From an uncultured bacterium (GTDB lineage Bacteria; Eisenbacteria; RBG-16-71-46; CAZHEV01), in NCBI GenBank assembly GCA_964531335.1, contig CAZHEV010000013.1, forward strand, positions 22,732-86,731: DNA of 64,000 nt. Reading direction: 5' to 3'. Positions 17,568 through 26,951 of this stretch are shown one piece after another. Both the position numbers and the translations under genes were made by a program. Under the pieces are notes generated by a model, which saw only the letters and a list, made by a program, of their open reading frames with translations, was not told the origin of the DNA and made no database searches. Position 1 is the first letter of the stretch. Each line of letters starts with the position of its first letter.

Positions 17568-20500
17568 CTAGCGAAGCAGGATCATCTTCCTGGTGGCCGT
17601 GAACTCACCGGCGTCGATGCGGTAGAAGTACACGCCCGCGGGCACTATGGACCCGCCGGCGTCACGGCAGTTCCACTCGACATCGTGCCTTCCGGGGCCT
17701 CTTGTCTCGTCCACGAGCGTCCTCACCAGGCGCCCGCTCACGTCGAAGATGGAGATCGTGACCCGGCCGGCCTTCACTATATCGAAGGCGATGGTGGTCG
17801 CGGGGTTGAACGGGTTGGGATAGTTTTGCATCAGGGCACAGGTCTTGGGCGTGAACCTAGGGCCGAAGTCCTCGGCGCCCTGTATCTGGAAGCTCCTGTT
17901 CCCGATATCCCTGACCTCGATCTCGCCAAGCCTCGGCGAGCCTTCCGCGTCTCCGGCCTTGACGGTTATCCTCGCCACCTCGCCTGAGCTCTTGATCGGC
18001 ACGTTCACTCCCAGGGCCGCCACGCAGATATCCACGACGGACCCTTCTTTGTCGATCGTGCCGAAGAACAGGCTCTCGCCGCCGCCGAATATGCCGCCTC
18101 TTTCGATGGCCTCGATGGCGTCAGTCCCCGCCTCGAAGCTGACCCTGAAGCCTTTCAGGCTCTTGGCCCTGTTGTCGAGCCTGACCGAGAGAACGACATA
18201 TCCCTCCGGAGCGGAGGCATCTTCGATCTCGACTAGCTCGAAGCCGACCAGATCGTCGAGCTGCTCCCCGAACTTGCCCAGCTCAGCCAGCGTGATGGTC
18301 AGGCCCTGCGGGGCCACCTTGCCGTAGATCATGGCGAAGATCATCAGGTCCTCGAAGTTCACCACGTCGTCGGGCAGGGGGATGCCGTAGCTCGAGTTGT
18401 CGTCGGTGGGACCGAAGTCGCACTCGTTGTTCCAGCCGCCTCCTCCCTCGGAGACCGCGAAGGTCGAGGAGAACACGACCAGGTCGCTTGAGTTGACCAT
18501 GCCGTCGTAGGGACTATTGACGTCGCCGAGCCAGTAGCTCGTCGCCCTGTCCGCCGCTCCGGTGTCGAAGGCCGAGTAGTTGCCGGCCAGGTCGTATGAG
18601 AAGGCGGAGAAGTAGTAGATGTCCCTTCCGACCGTTACCGAGTCGTCGTAGGCCTCGGCCGTCACCTGGGCCACGAAGTCGCCCCCCGTCTCGTCGACGG
18701 GGTAGGCTGGGGCGGCCGTCGCGTACTCGGGGTAGTCCGTCCAGCCTGTCCTTCTCAGCTCCACCCCCGCGAAGGTCGCGTCGCCCACGGGGTTGGTCCA
18801 GGTGAGGTGTACCTTGTTGTGACCCGGGGCCGCGGCGAAGTCCGCAGGCGGATCGGGTGCGACGGTGTCCTTGTTGAACTGCCAGCTGTAGGTGTCGGGG
18901 GTGCCCTCGCCGTTCCAGTTTCCGGCATCGTCGGCCACCCTGAAGTAGACGGTGTGGCTGCCCTCGGACAGTCCCGCGAAACCGGGTAGGACCCAGCCGT
19001 CGTCGTTCCACTCGGTCGTGTCGATACCGGTGAACAGCGCGACCCAGCCGTCGGAGTCTATCTGGTACTCGGCCGTGTCGAGGTTTATGTCGTCATCGAA
19101 GCCGAAGTTGCTGAAGACGGGCGCGGTGTTGTACCAGCCGCCCTCCGCCTCGGCTATGGGCTCCATGGTGGGCACGGTGCAGTCTATCCTGACCGACCCG
19201 TTCGTCGAAGAGGTGGTCAGGGGGTTGTTGTCGAGGTCGCGGAGCTTGAAGTCGGTTACGGCGATGTCGCTTATCCCCTCGGCCACCGGGGTCAGCTCGA
19301 CGCTGAACAACACTCCGTTTCCGGTCGCGCCCGCGTCGCCTCCCAGGATGGCGCAGCTCACCTTGTAGGAACCGTCACCGTTGTCTACCGGATAGAACTG
19401 GGTGGTCCCGACGGAGGAAAGATACGAGCCCTCGGTTATGTCCGCGTTCGCCGAAGCGACCGTGGCGACCGCGTTGTCCACCGCAAAGGTCAAGTCGTAC
19501 CCGCGCACCTCTTCGCTCAGCCCGGCCCGCGTTATGACGAAATCGACGGTGACGTGATCGGTGCAGTTCGTGGTGACGTAGTCGGGCACCACGCCGGCAT
19601 GGTTTGTCGATCCCAGCCAGGGGTCGAAGTCGATGTAGTTCGTCACCGAATCGCCCAGGGCGCCTGCGTTGAGCGTCTCGTGCGCCGGGCCCGAGGCGTC
19701 CCCCCACCAGTTGTACTCGCCGTCCACCGTCATGTAGTCGCCGTCGGAGTACATCCCGAAGTTGTTGCCGGAGAGGAGGTTGTAGTTGGCGTCGGCGTTC
19801 GTGAAGATCGCGGTGGTCGGATCGTACGACACGAACCCTATCCCGATCTCGAAGCCCGTCACCTCGTTGCGGTCAACGGAGATGTCCAGGTCGTCGGGCA
19901 GGACGCCGGCCCACGCGATTATCCCGTAGCAGGCGGTGTTGTCGGTGCCGCTGAAGGTCACCACGTTCTCCGTGATGGTCATCGAGTGGGTGGCGGCCGT
20001 GCCGAAAAGCATGCTGCTTGCGCCGCTCTCCGGCTCCTCCAGCGGATCGAACGGCGAGGGCGGCAACTCCACGGGATCGTATATCAGTATCCCGTAGCTT
20101 CCGTCGCCGATGTTCTCGATGGTGAAGTCGTTGTCGCTGACGTTCATGGAGCTCGCCGCGTAGTCGTATATGCCGACCTGCGCGCCGGTCACCGTGTTGC
20201 CGGTAATGTCGAGGCTCGCGTAGTAGCTCAGTATGCTCGACGCCACCCAGCTTGCGCCGTCCCAGCCTATACCCGAGATCGTGTTGTCGTGGACCGTCCC
20301 CGATCCCTGGGCGGCCCAGACCTGCACCCCGTTCTGGGCTGTGACCGTGGTCGTGCCCGCTCCGGTTATGGTGTTGCCGGTCACGTCGACGGTCAGCGGC
20401 GTGTCGGTATCCGCGTTCAGCGCCATGGCGTTTTTCTGGAAATCGACGAAGGTGCAATCCGACACGTTTATGTTCCTGGAGACCGTGTCGTCGTTCCAGC

Positions 20501-21542
20501 TGTACAGCCCCACTCCGTGCTGGGTGCCGCTGAACGGCGTGTCCATGATTCCCGTTATGACGCAGTCATCCACCGTCCCCCCGGCGTTATTGAACGCGAT
20601 GCCGTAGAATCGGTAGTTGTCGTTGCCCTTGCCGGCGCCGTCGACCGTCAGGTGCTCCAGCGTGACATTTGCCGTGTCATGTATGTACACGATGGGATAA
20701 TTGTCTTTGCTCGTTGTGAAGTACTTCGCAAGAACGTCCGGAGAGAGTATGACGCTCGCGCCGCCTCCTCCGCCTCCGGAGACGGTGAGGTCCTTGGTTA
20801 TCTCGACCTGCTCCTCGTAGGTTCCAGCGGCCACCATCACAGTGCCGCCGTCAGCCACAGCGTCCACGCCTTCCTGGACTTTGGCAAAGGCATCGTAATC
20901 CCAGACGTGGCCGTCGTTTGCGCAGCCCGCGCAGTAGTCATCGTCGACGTAGGCCGTGTTGGGCGGGCCCGTGTCTATGCGGATCCTGTCCACGTAGAAG
21001 ACACCCGTGCCGTAATCTTCCGGCTCCAGGACTACGGCGACCGAGGCGACGTTGCCGCTGTTCGCCCAACCCGAGATGTCCATTGAGTAGTAGACCCACT
21101 CATAGGTCTTTGTCGCGTTGGAGATCTTTGGGCCGTCGACGTAGCCGCCCCACTCGTCATAGACCCTGAGGAAAAACTTCTCGCCGGAGTTGCCCAGCGG
21201 ATCGTCGTCCGGATACATGCCCATGAACCTGCACGACACGTTGCTGAAGCCGCTCCAGTCCTGCACCGAGGCGAAGGTCATGGTCACCCCGGTCCAATAG
21301 GGGCTCGCATTGTTGTGATAAGAGATCTTCATCGACTGGGTGCTGACCTCGTAGCCGGGGGTCTTCACGAAGACAGTGTCCTTGGTGTCGGATACCACCC
21401 AGGATGATCTGAGGTCGGCGTCGTCGACGTACGCGTCGAACTCATCGACGTCCTGAATTGCGGCGTCGGCGCCGGCGGGAATAAGGACGCCGGCGAAGAA
21501 GATCACAATCAGCAAAGAACAGATAACTGCAGAGAATCTCAT
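17568..21542 (-). CDS. Large secreted beta-helix repeat protein (1324 aa) with C-terminal FlgD-Ig-like / T9SS-type sorting domain
   Basis: RBS GGGAGG; signal peptide MRFSAVICSLLIVIFFAGVLIPAGADA; parallel beta-helix-like repeats; C-terminus YPNPFNPATTIAFDIV...GVYFYRIDAGEFTATRKMILLR. Confidence 0.75.
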   Translation of the reverse strand: MRFSAVICSLLIVIFFAGVLIPAGADAAIQDVDEFDAYVDDADLRSSWVVSDTKDTVFVKTPGYEVSTQSMKISYHNNASPYWTGVTMTFASVQDWSGFSNVSCRFMGMYPDDDPLGNSGEKFFLRVYDEWGGYVDGPKISNATKTYEWVYYSMDISGWANSGNVASVAVVLEPEDYGTGVFYVDRIRIDTGPPNTAYVDDDYCAGCANDGHVWDYDAFAKVQEGVDAVADGGTVMVAAGTYEEQVEITKDLTVSGGGGGGASVILSPDVLAKYFTTSKDNYPIVYIHDTANVTLEHLTVDGAGKGNDNYRFYGIAFNNAGGTVDDCVITGIMDTPFSGTQHGVGLYSWNDDTVSRNINVSDCTFVDFQKNAMALNADTDTPLTVDVTGNTITGAGTTTVTAQNGVQVWAAQGSGTVHDNTISGIGWDGASWVASSILSYYASLDITGNTVTGAQVGIYDYAASSMNVSDNDFTIENIGDGSYGILIYDPVELPPSPFDPLEEPESGASSMLFGTAATHSMTITENVVTFSGTDNTACYGIIAWAGVLPDDLDISVDRNEVTGFEIGIGFVSYDPTTAIFTNADANYNLLSGNNFGMYSDGDYMTVDGEYNWWGDASGPAHETLNAGALGDSVTNYIDFDPWLGSTNHAGVVPDYVTTNCTDHVTVDFVITRAGLSEEVRGYDLTFAVDNAVATVASANADITEGSYLSSVGTTQFYPVDNGDGSYKVSCAILGGDAGATGNGVLFSVELTPVAEGISDIAVTDFKLRDLDNNPLTTSSTNGSVRIDCTVPTMEPIAEAEGGWYNTAPVFSNFGFDDDINLDTAEYQIDSDGWVALFTGIDTTEWNDDGWVLPGFAGLSEGSHTVYFRVADDAGNWNGEGTPDTYSWQFNKDTVAPDPPADFAAAPGHNKVHLTWTNPVGDATFAGVELRRTGWTDYPEYATAAPAYPVDETGGDFVAQVTAEAYDDSVTVGRDIYYFSAFSYDLAGNYSAFDTGAADRATSYWLGDVNSPYDGMVNSSDLVVFSSTFAVSEGGGGWNNECDFGPTDDNSSYGIPLPDDVVNFEDLMIFAMIYGKVAPQGLTITLAELGKFGEQLDDLVGFELVEIEDASAPEGYVVLSVRLDNRAKSLKGFRVSFEAGTDAIEAIERGGIFGGGESLFFGTIDKEGSVVDICVAALGVNVPIKSSGEVARITVKAGDAEGSPRLGEIEVRDIGNRSFQIQGAEDFGPRFTPKTCALMQNYPNPFNPATTIAFDIVKAGRVTISIFDVSGRLVRTLVDETRGPGRHDVEWNCRDAGGSIVPAGVYFYRIDAGEFTATRKMILLR

Positions 21543-22008
21543 CTGGCCACCTCCCGTTTCGACCCGCGGGCGCGGGTCCGGCCAATGAAAGCAACTCTAC
21601 GTTGCCACCCTCGTTGTGCACCTACGCTACGATCTGTGAAGTGGATTCAAGGTCCTAACGGCAAGACCTCCTTTCCTCCCGCGTGAGCCGACGCCGCACG
21701 GACGCGGCGGCCGGCATTCAGGCTGACAAGAGTCCCCCCTCCGGGGCCTGAACATGGGAAGGCGAGTCTTTCCCCGGAAAGGGCAAGCTTGCCTGGCACG
21801 AGGGGACAACCCATCCTCATATGATTCTGGGATGTGTTCAATGCAAGCGATTTCGAATAAAAACAATACCACATGCGGGCTCGTTTGTCAACGTATGAAT
21901 TGCGTTTTTCTTGATCAAGCTGCGGATCTTGCGATCAAGTTTGAATTCTTTACCGCGCACTGAGGAGGGGGCAGCCCGCGGAACCGTTCTGAGCCGTCAA
22001 GAAATCGG

Positions 22009-22037
22009 TTGACCCGAGCTTGGCTATTTGGCATAAT
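22009..22037 (+). promoter_or_regulatory. Near-consensus sigma70-type promoter TTGACC-17-CATAAT upstream of arsR
   Basis: Direct reading: TTGACC 22009-22014, CATAAT 22032-22037. Confidence 0.4.
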
Positions 22038-22070
22038 GTCCAAAGACGGGCGCATAGGAGGTCGGTGGCC

Positions 22071-22391
22071 ATGGACAAAAAGACACAGGCGCGTTTCGAG
22101 GCCAGAGCCCAGATCATCAAGGCAATGGCTCACCCCACACGGCTCTTCATCGTGGACGAGCTGTCCCGCCATGAGAGATGCGTGTGCGAGCTGACCGAGA
22201 TGGTCGGCGCCGATGTATCCACAGTATCAAAGCACCTCTCCCTGTTGAGGAACGTGGGCATTGCTGAAGATGAAAAGCGCGGCTCCCAAGTCTTCTACAA
22301 GTTGAAGATGCCTTGCGTCCTGAACTTCTTCTCCTGCGTGGAGTCGGTGTTGGATTCAAGGGCCAAGGAGTGGGCGAAGCTTGCCAGGTAG
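22071..22391 (+). CDS. arsR: ArsR/SmtB-family metalloregulator with CVC metal(loid)-binding motif
   Basis: Start ATG 22071 with RBS GGAGG; HTH region with HERCVCELTEMVGADVSTVSKHLSLLRNVGI (Cys-Val-Cys as in As(III)-sensing ArsR). Confidence 0.8.
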   Translation: MDKKTQARFEARAQIIKAMAHPTRLFIVDELSRHERCVCELTEMVGADVSTVSKHLSLLRNVGIAEDEKRGSQVFYKLKMPCVLNFFSCVESVLDSRAKEWAKLAR

Positions 22392-22509
22392 AGGCTCTTT
22401 TTTTCGGCGGACATCTGGCGATTCAGCCAAGAAACCAAAGGTTGAGCGCGAACATGAGACACGAGCCGAACTCATTTGCTCAAAGGGATATTCGGAGAAG
22501 ATCACAACT

Positions 22510-22818
22510 GTGAAGAATCGGAGGAAATTCGCCCGGCCGGCGGGGATCTTCCTGGTTGTGTACTTCCTTCCCTTGGGAAACGTGAAGGTTGAAAACGCCA
22601 TCCTCGAGGCTTTCCGGCTTCTGCAGTGGTATGCGATTCACCACACCCTCGCCTGCGTGGTCCCGGCCCTGTCGCTTCTCAGCCTGTTGGTTGTCTGCAA
22701 GGTCCTGGGCGGCCGGAAGACCCTTGTCTTCTCGGTGCTGACGGTAGTGAACTCTTGTTGGCTGTCTGTTTGGAATGTTCGCCTGGCAGAGAACCAGACG
22801 AAACCGCTGGGGTTATAG
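22510..22818 (+). CDS. Small hydrophobic protein (possible permease fragment)
   Basis: In-frame GTG 22510 with GGAG 12 nt upstream; the longer track ORF starts at a TTG overlapping arsR; hydrophobic segments; no confident family match. Confidence 0.3.
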   Translation: MKNRRKFARPAGIFLVVYFLPLGNVKVENAILEAFRLLQWYAIHHTLACVVPALSLLSLLVVCKVLGGRKTLVFSVLTVVNSCWLSVWNVRLAENQTKPLGL

Positions 22819-22840
22819 CTTTGGAAAGGACAAACCACCA

Positions 22841-23071
22841 ATGAAGACCATTCAAATCCTGGGCACCGGCTGTCCCAAGTGCAACCAACTGGAAGAAAAC
22901 GCCAGGAAGGCCGTAGAGCAATCAGGCGCAGGGTACGACATCAAGAAGATCACCGACTTGAAGGAGATCATGAAGTTCGGGGTCATGATAACTCCCACGC
23001 TCGCGATCGACGGTCAGGTCAAGGCGTCCGGGAAGGTGCTGTCGGTTGATGAGATTCTGGAGCTCTTGTAG
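22841..23071 (+). CDS. Small thioredoxin-fold protein (redox-active disulfide protein, TM0996/MTH895-like)
   Basis: 76 aa from ATG 22841: MKTIQILGTGCPKCNQLEENARKAV... CPxC active site. Confidence 0.75.
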   Translation: MKTIQILGTGCPKCNQLEENARKAVEQSGAGYDIKKITDLKEIMKFGVMITPTLAIDGQVKASGKVLSVDEILELL

Positions 23072-23179
23072 CGGCATCAGTACGAACGACCGATCGAAGC
23101 CGTCTTGTTCAAGGATAGTGGATTTCACGGTTGCGCCGGCCCGCCGGTGGAGCCCCTGTATAAGGAGAGACCACGTCAA

Positions 23180-23971
23180 ATGGTCAGGATACGCCTGCAT
23201 GTTATACGTAAGAAGCGAGCCCACGCGACCGAGCTTCTTCTGAGCGCCCTTCTTCTCGCCTTCGGCGTCGGGCTCTTTCTCGAGCTCACTTGGCCGGCCT
23301 TGGCCGAAGCGAGAACAGGCGGGCCGCGCCCCATGTCGATGAACATGCAGGAGCCGTTGGATCAGAATGCAGGGCCTGAGAGCTCCGGCCCGATCGCGAT
23401 CGGTTCGGACGCCCGCTCGGCGCCATCTGACACGTCGAGCCAATTCGCCGCGGACAGGGCCGCGCGTGCGGGCTCTCCCGACAGCCTGAACGAGGCGGCA
23501 ACCGATCCGGAGGTGAAGCCAGGGCCTCCCGACAGCCTGGTCGCCCTCTACTTTCACCGTACTCTGCGGTGTGAGGACTGTCTCCTGATGGAGATCTACA
23601 TCAGGGACGTTCTGGAGAGTGACTACCTGGACCCTTTGCTGGAGGGAACACTGCGCTGGCGCTCTCTCGACTACGAGCAGCCTGAGCACGCCGGCAGCGC
23701 CGAAAAGTACCAATTCGGAGGTCCCGCCCTTGTCCTTTCCCATTGGTCGGGGGGTAGGGAAGCCTTGTGGGCGAGAATGGACGAAATATGGCAGTGGGTC
23801 GACTACCCGGATGCCGTGGCGGACATGCTTCGTGCTCAATTGCGCGAATGCCTGGCCGGGACCTGCCGGCACGATGAATTCCACATGCCCGACGCCGGTG
23901 ACGCGCGGGCTCCGGGAGATACCACGCGGGGATCGCAAGAGAGGACGGGAACGGACAATGACCAAAGGTAG
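23180..23971 (+). CDS. Hypothetical membrane-anchored protein with CxxC motif
   Basis: ATG 23180 preceded by AAGGAGAG; N-terminal hydrophobic anchor; motif YFHRTLRCEDCLLMEIY; no family recognised. Confidence 0.45.
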   Translation: MVRIRLHVIRKKRAHATELLLSALLLAFGVGLFLELTWPALAEARTGGPRPMSMNMQEPLDQNAGPESSGPIAIGSDARSAPSDTSSQFAADRAARAGSPDSLNEAATDPEVKPGPPDSLVALYFHRTLRCEDCLLMEIYIRDVLESDYLDPLLEGTLRWRSLDYEQPEHAGSAEKYQFGGPALVLSHWSGGREALWARMDEIWQWVDYPDAVADMLRAQLRECLAGTCRHDEFHMPDAGDARAPGDTTRGSQERTGTDNDQR

Positions 23972-24401
23972 AAGGATAGCGGTAGTCGGGCTCGTCCTGG
24001 CCGCCGTCGTTGTGGCGTTTGTAATGAAGGAGGCCCGCCGGGACAGCGGGGGCTCCGAACCCGGCAGGACAGCCGGCAATGCGGCGGGCGCCGTCGCGAA
24101 GCCTGAGACCCTTCCCCGGCTTGTCGACCTCGGGCGAAACCAATGCATCCCGTGCAAGATGATGGCTCCGATTCTCGAGGAGCTGAAGAATGAGTATGCC
24201 GAACGGTTCGTGGTCGAGGTGATAGACGTCGGGGAGCATCGGGACGCCGCCGCGAAGTACGGCATAAGAGTGATACCGACCCAGATCTTCTTCGACGCCT
24301 CCGGCGACGAGCGGTTTCGACATGAAGGCTTCATGTCCAAGGAGGACATACTGGCCAAGTGGGAGGAGCTCGGGATCGACGTGAAACTTGAAGACTCATG
24401 A
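23958..24401 (+). CDS. Membrane-anchored thioredoxin-family protein (TlpA-like)
   Basis: ATG 23958 (overlaps upstream gene); N-terminal TM; thioredoxin-like CIPC active-site context. Confidence 0.7.
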   Translation: MTKGRRIAVVGLVLAAVVVAFVMKEARRDSGGSEPGRTAGNAAGAVAKPETLPRLVDLGRNQCIPCKMMAPILEELKNEYAERFVVEVIDVGEHRDAAAKYGIRVIPTQIFFDASGDERFRHEGFMSKEDILAKWEELGIDVKLEDS

Positions 24402-24419
24402 GACGGAGTGGAATTACCG

Positions 24420-25118
24420 ATGGAGAATCTCTTTAACAGTCTGACGGACGCCGTTCAAAGCTCCGCTCCCGTGGCCTTGGCGGCGTCGTTCGTTTGGGGA
24501 ATCTTGAGCATCCTGCTGAGCCCCTGCCACTTGTCCAGTATCCCGCTCATCGTGGCTTTCATGGGCGAGCACGGGGACAGGTCCGGCGGACGAGCTCTCA
24601 GGATATCCACGATGTTTGCGCTGGGGATTCTCGTGACGATAGGCATCATCGGCGTGATCACCGCGATGATGGGCCGGATGCTGGGCGACGTGGGCCCTTA
24701 CATTAATTACCTCCTGGCGCTCATCTTCTTTCTGCTGGGCCTTCACTTCCTCGGGGTCATACCCATGCCCTGGTCCGGCGGCGGTCCGAGGGCATCCGCG
24801 AAGCGGGGCGTCTGGGCGGCGTTCGTTCTGGGCCTGGTCTTCGGCGTGGGCGTGGGGCCGTGCACCTTCGCGTACATGGCCCCCATGTTGGGCGTGACGT
24901 TCAAGGTGGCGGCGGAGAGCTGGCTGTTCGGGGTGGCGCTTCTCTTGCTATACGGCGTGGGTCACTGTTCCGTGATTGTCTTGGCGGGCACTTCGGCGGA
25001 GATGGTGCAGCGCTACCTCAACTGGACCGAGGCCTCCCGGGGCGCAGTGATGCTGCGTCAGGCTTGCGGAATTCTCGTGATCCTAGGAGGAGTATACCTG
25101 ATATACACGGCGCCGTGA
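24420..25118 (+). CDS. ccdA: Cytochrome c biogenesis / thiol-disulfide transporter CcdA (DsbD transmembrane domain family)
   Basis: Polytopic membrane protein with the two conserved Cys (LLSPCHLSSIPL and GVGPCTFAYMAPM) characteristic of CcdA/DsbD. Confidence 0.8.
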   Translation: MENLFNSLTDAVQSSAPVALAASFVWGILSILLSPCHLSSIPLIVAFMGEHGDRSGGRALRISTMFALGILVTIGIIGVITAMMGRMLGDVGPYINYLLALIFFLLGLHFLGVIPMPWSGGGPRASAKRGVWAAFVLGLVFGVGVGPCTFAYMAPMLGVTFKVAAESWLFGVALLLLYGVGHCSVIVLAGTSAEMVQRYLNWTEASRGAVMLRQACGILVILGGVYLIYTAP

Positions 25119-25188
25119 GGTCGGGCCTCACGGAAACGGCATGTCGTTGCGCGACCGGGCACGGCGGCCTGCGATTCAGGAGAAGAAC

Positions 25189-25602
25189 ATGGAGGATACA
25201 AGCCGAGAGACCATCAGAGGGAAACAATACGATCTTGTGTTCGCCTGCTCCGGCGCATGCGACGTGGGACTAATCGCCGATGGGGCGGCCCGTTTGCTCA
25301 CGGAAGAGAGGATTGCGTCCATGTGCTGCATCGCTGCAATCGGCGCGGGAGTGCCGGACATCGTGGAAAAGGCACAGGCCGCACGGCGGATGGTCGCCAT
25401 CGACGGGTGCTCAAGCGAGTGCTCGAGGAAGATCCTGGAGAAGGCGGGATTCGAGGGGTTCGCTCACATTCAGCTTGAATCGTTCGGCATGGAGAAAGGC
25501 AAGACGCCGGCAGGCCGCGAAAAGATGCAAAGAGTGAAGGGTCTCGCCGCGTTGGAGCTTGCCCCCGGCGCGGGACGGCCACCGGGGTGCTGCTGCTCCT
25601 GA
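25189..25602 (+). CDS. DGC-domain putative zinc-binding protein
   Basis: ATG 25189 with RBS AGGAG; motifs FACSGACDVG, AIDGCSSECS, C-terminal PPGCCCS. Confidence 0.7.
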   Translation: MEDTSRETIRGKQYDLVFACSGACDVGLIADGAARLLTEERIASMCCIAAIGAGVPDIVEKAQAARRMVAIDGCSSECSRKILEKAGFEGFAHIQLESFGMEKGKTPAGREKMQRVKGLAALELAPGAGRPPGCCCS

Positions 25603-25682
25603 GCGTGAGTTGCGGCATGTGGCCCGACGGCAATCTCTAAGGTGTGGGAGAAGACGAACCGCCGGCGGAGGGACGGAAGGTA

Positions 25683-26945
25683 ATGAAGGACGGCAAGAAC
25701 TGGAAAGCGACTGCCCTGCTGTCAACGATCGTGTTGATTTCGATCACGCTGATCGCCTGGATAACGGGCTACTGGGTGCTGACCGCCCTGCCAATAGGCT
25801 TTCTATTCGGGTTCTTCCTGGAGAAGGCCGATCTCTGCGGCTCATCGGCTTTCAGCGAGGCCTTCATGATGAAGGACTGGAGAAAGCTCCAGGGCATATG
25901 GGTCGTGGCGGTGGCGAGCATGCTGGGCTTCGCGCTCTTGTCGGGGCTGGGCTTGGTGAAGCTCAATCCCAAGCCGCTGCTCTGGGCGAGTTACATCGTC
26001 GGCGGCCTAGTGTTCGGGATCGGCATGGTCCTGGCCGGCGGATGCGTAAGCGGCAGCCTCTACAAGACCGGGCAGGGGAATCTCAATTCCATGGCCGCTC
26101 TCGTTGGAATCCCGCTGGGCGTGGCGGCGGTCGAGTACGGGCCGCTCAACGGCATCCACAAGGCCCTCAGAAGCCTGGTTGTCAATAACAGCGACGGAAG
26201 CTCGGTCACCCTCAGCTCAGTGACGGGGCTGCCCTACTGGTCGCTGGCTCTTATCATCGCCGCAATCACCGTTGGGACGGCCCTCCACTTGAGGCGCACT
26301 TCCAGGAAGAGCAAAGCTATGCCGGATGCCAAACCCGGCGACATGCCTTTCTTGACGAGGGCCATTGCAAGACCTTGGAAGCCCTGGCAGGCGGGAATAC
26401 TGATCGGCATCCTTGCTTCTTTTGCCTACCTGTCCTCGGCGGCCAGCGGAAGAAATTATCCCTTTGGAGTCACGCACGGACCGATGCACGTCAACCTGTT
26501 GATTACCGAAACCTCTTTGACCCATATCTACGCTCCCAAGCCCAGCCCGCCGGTCGCCGCGGCCGCTGAACGGGAGCAGCCAAGCCGGACGCCCGCCGGC
26601 GCGCAAGCAGGAGCGGCAAAGGCCAAGCACGAGGGCTCCAAGAAAGTCTCATGGTGGCTGATCCTTGAAGTTTGCGCCCTGGTTCTGGGCTCCTTTGTGA
26701 GCGCGCGGCTCTCGGGAAGGGCCAGGCTGTCTCCCAAACCCCCGGAGCAGACCGTGGTCGCCTTCTTCGGCGGCCTGATGGTCGGCACCGGAGCCGCCAT
26801 AGCCGGAGGCTGCGTCGTGGGAAATATTATGAGCGGCCTCGCCCTTATGAGCGTGGGCAACGTGATCTTCGCGGTGGTTGTTCTGGTTGCCAATTGGGGC
26901 ACCACGTACTTTTACATGATGGGGCGGCAGCTCCCCGTGAGGTAG
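25683..26945 (+). CDS. YeeE/YedE-family sulfur-compound (thiosulfate-type) transporter
   Basis: Two repeats each carrying the hallmark GGC motif (VLAGGCVSGSLYK and AIAGGCVVGNIMS); polytopic membrane protein. Confidence 0.85.
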   Translation: MKDGKNWKATALLSTIVLISITLIAWITGYWVLTALPIGFLFGFFLEKADLCGSSAFSEAFMMKDWRKLQGIWVVAVASMLGFALLSGLGLVKLNPKPLLWASYIVGGLVFGIGMVLAGGCVSGSLYKTGQGNLNSMAALVGIPLGVAAVEYGPLNGIHKALRSLVVNNSDGSSVTLSSVTGLPYWSLALIIAAITVGTALHLRRTSRKSKAMPDAKPGDMPFLTRAIARPWKPWQAGILIGILASFAYLSSAASGRNYPFGVTHGPMHVNLLITETSLTHIYAPKPSPPVAAAAEREQPSRTPAGAQAGAAKAKHEGSKKVSWWLILEVCALVLGSFVSARLSGRARLSPKPPEQTVVAFFGGLMVGTGAAIAGGCVVGNIMSGLALMSVGNVIFAVVVLVANWGTTYFYMMGRQLPVR

Positions 26946-26951
26946 AGACGA

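Noticed and set aside
19554-21086. 510-aa plus-strand ORF inside the beta-helix protein gene
   Set aside because: Antisense artefact of a high-GC gene; Val/Arg/Gly-rich with no motifs.
21543-22008. Small ORFs and a CTTGATCAAG palindrome in the AT-richer region upstream of arsR
   Set aside because: ORFs are short with no RBS or motif; region is more plausibly promoter/terminator DNA. Palindrome noted but too short to call.
22922-24358. 478-aa minus-strand ORF across the thioredoxin/CcdA region
   Set aside because: Antisense to well-supported plus-strand genes; Arg/Pro/Ala-rich low-complexity translation typical of high-GC antisense frames.
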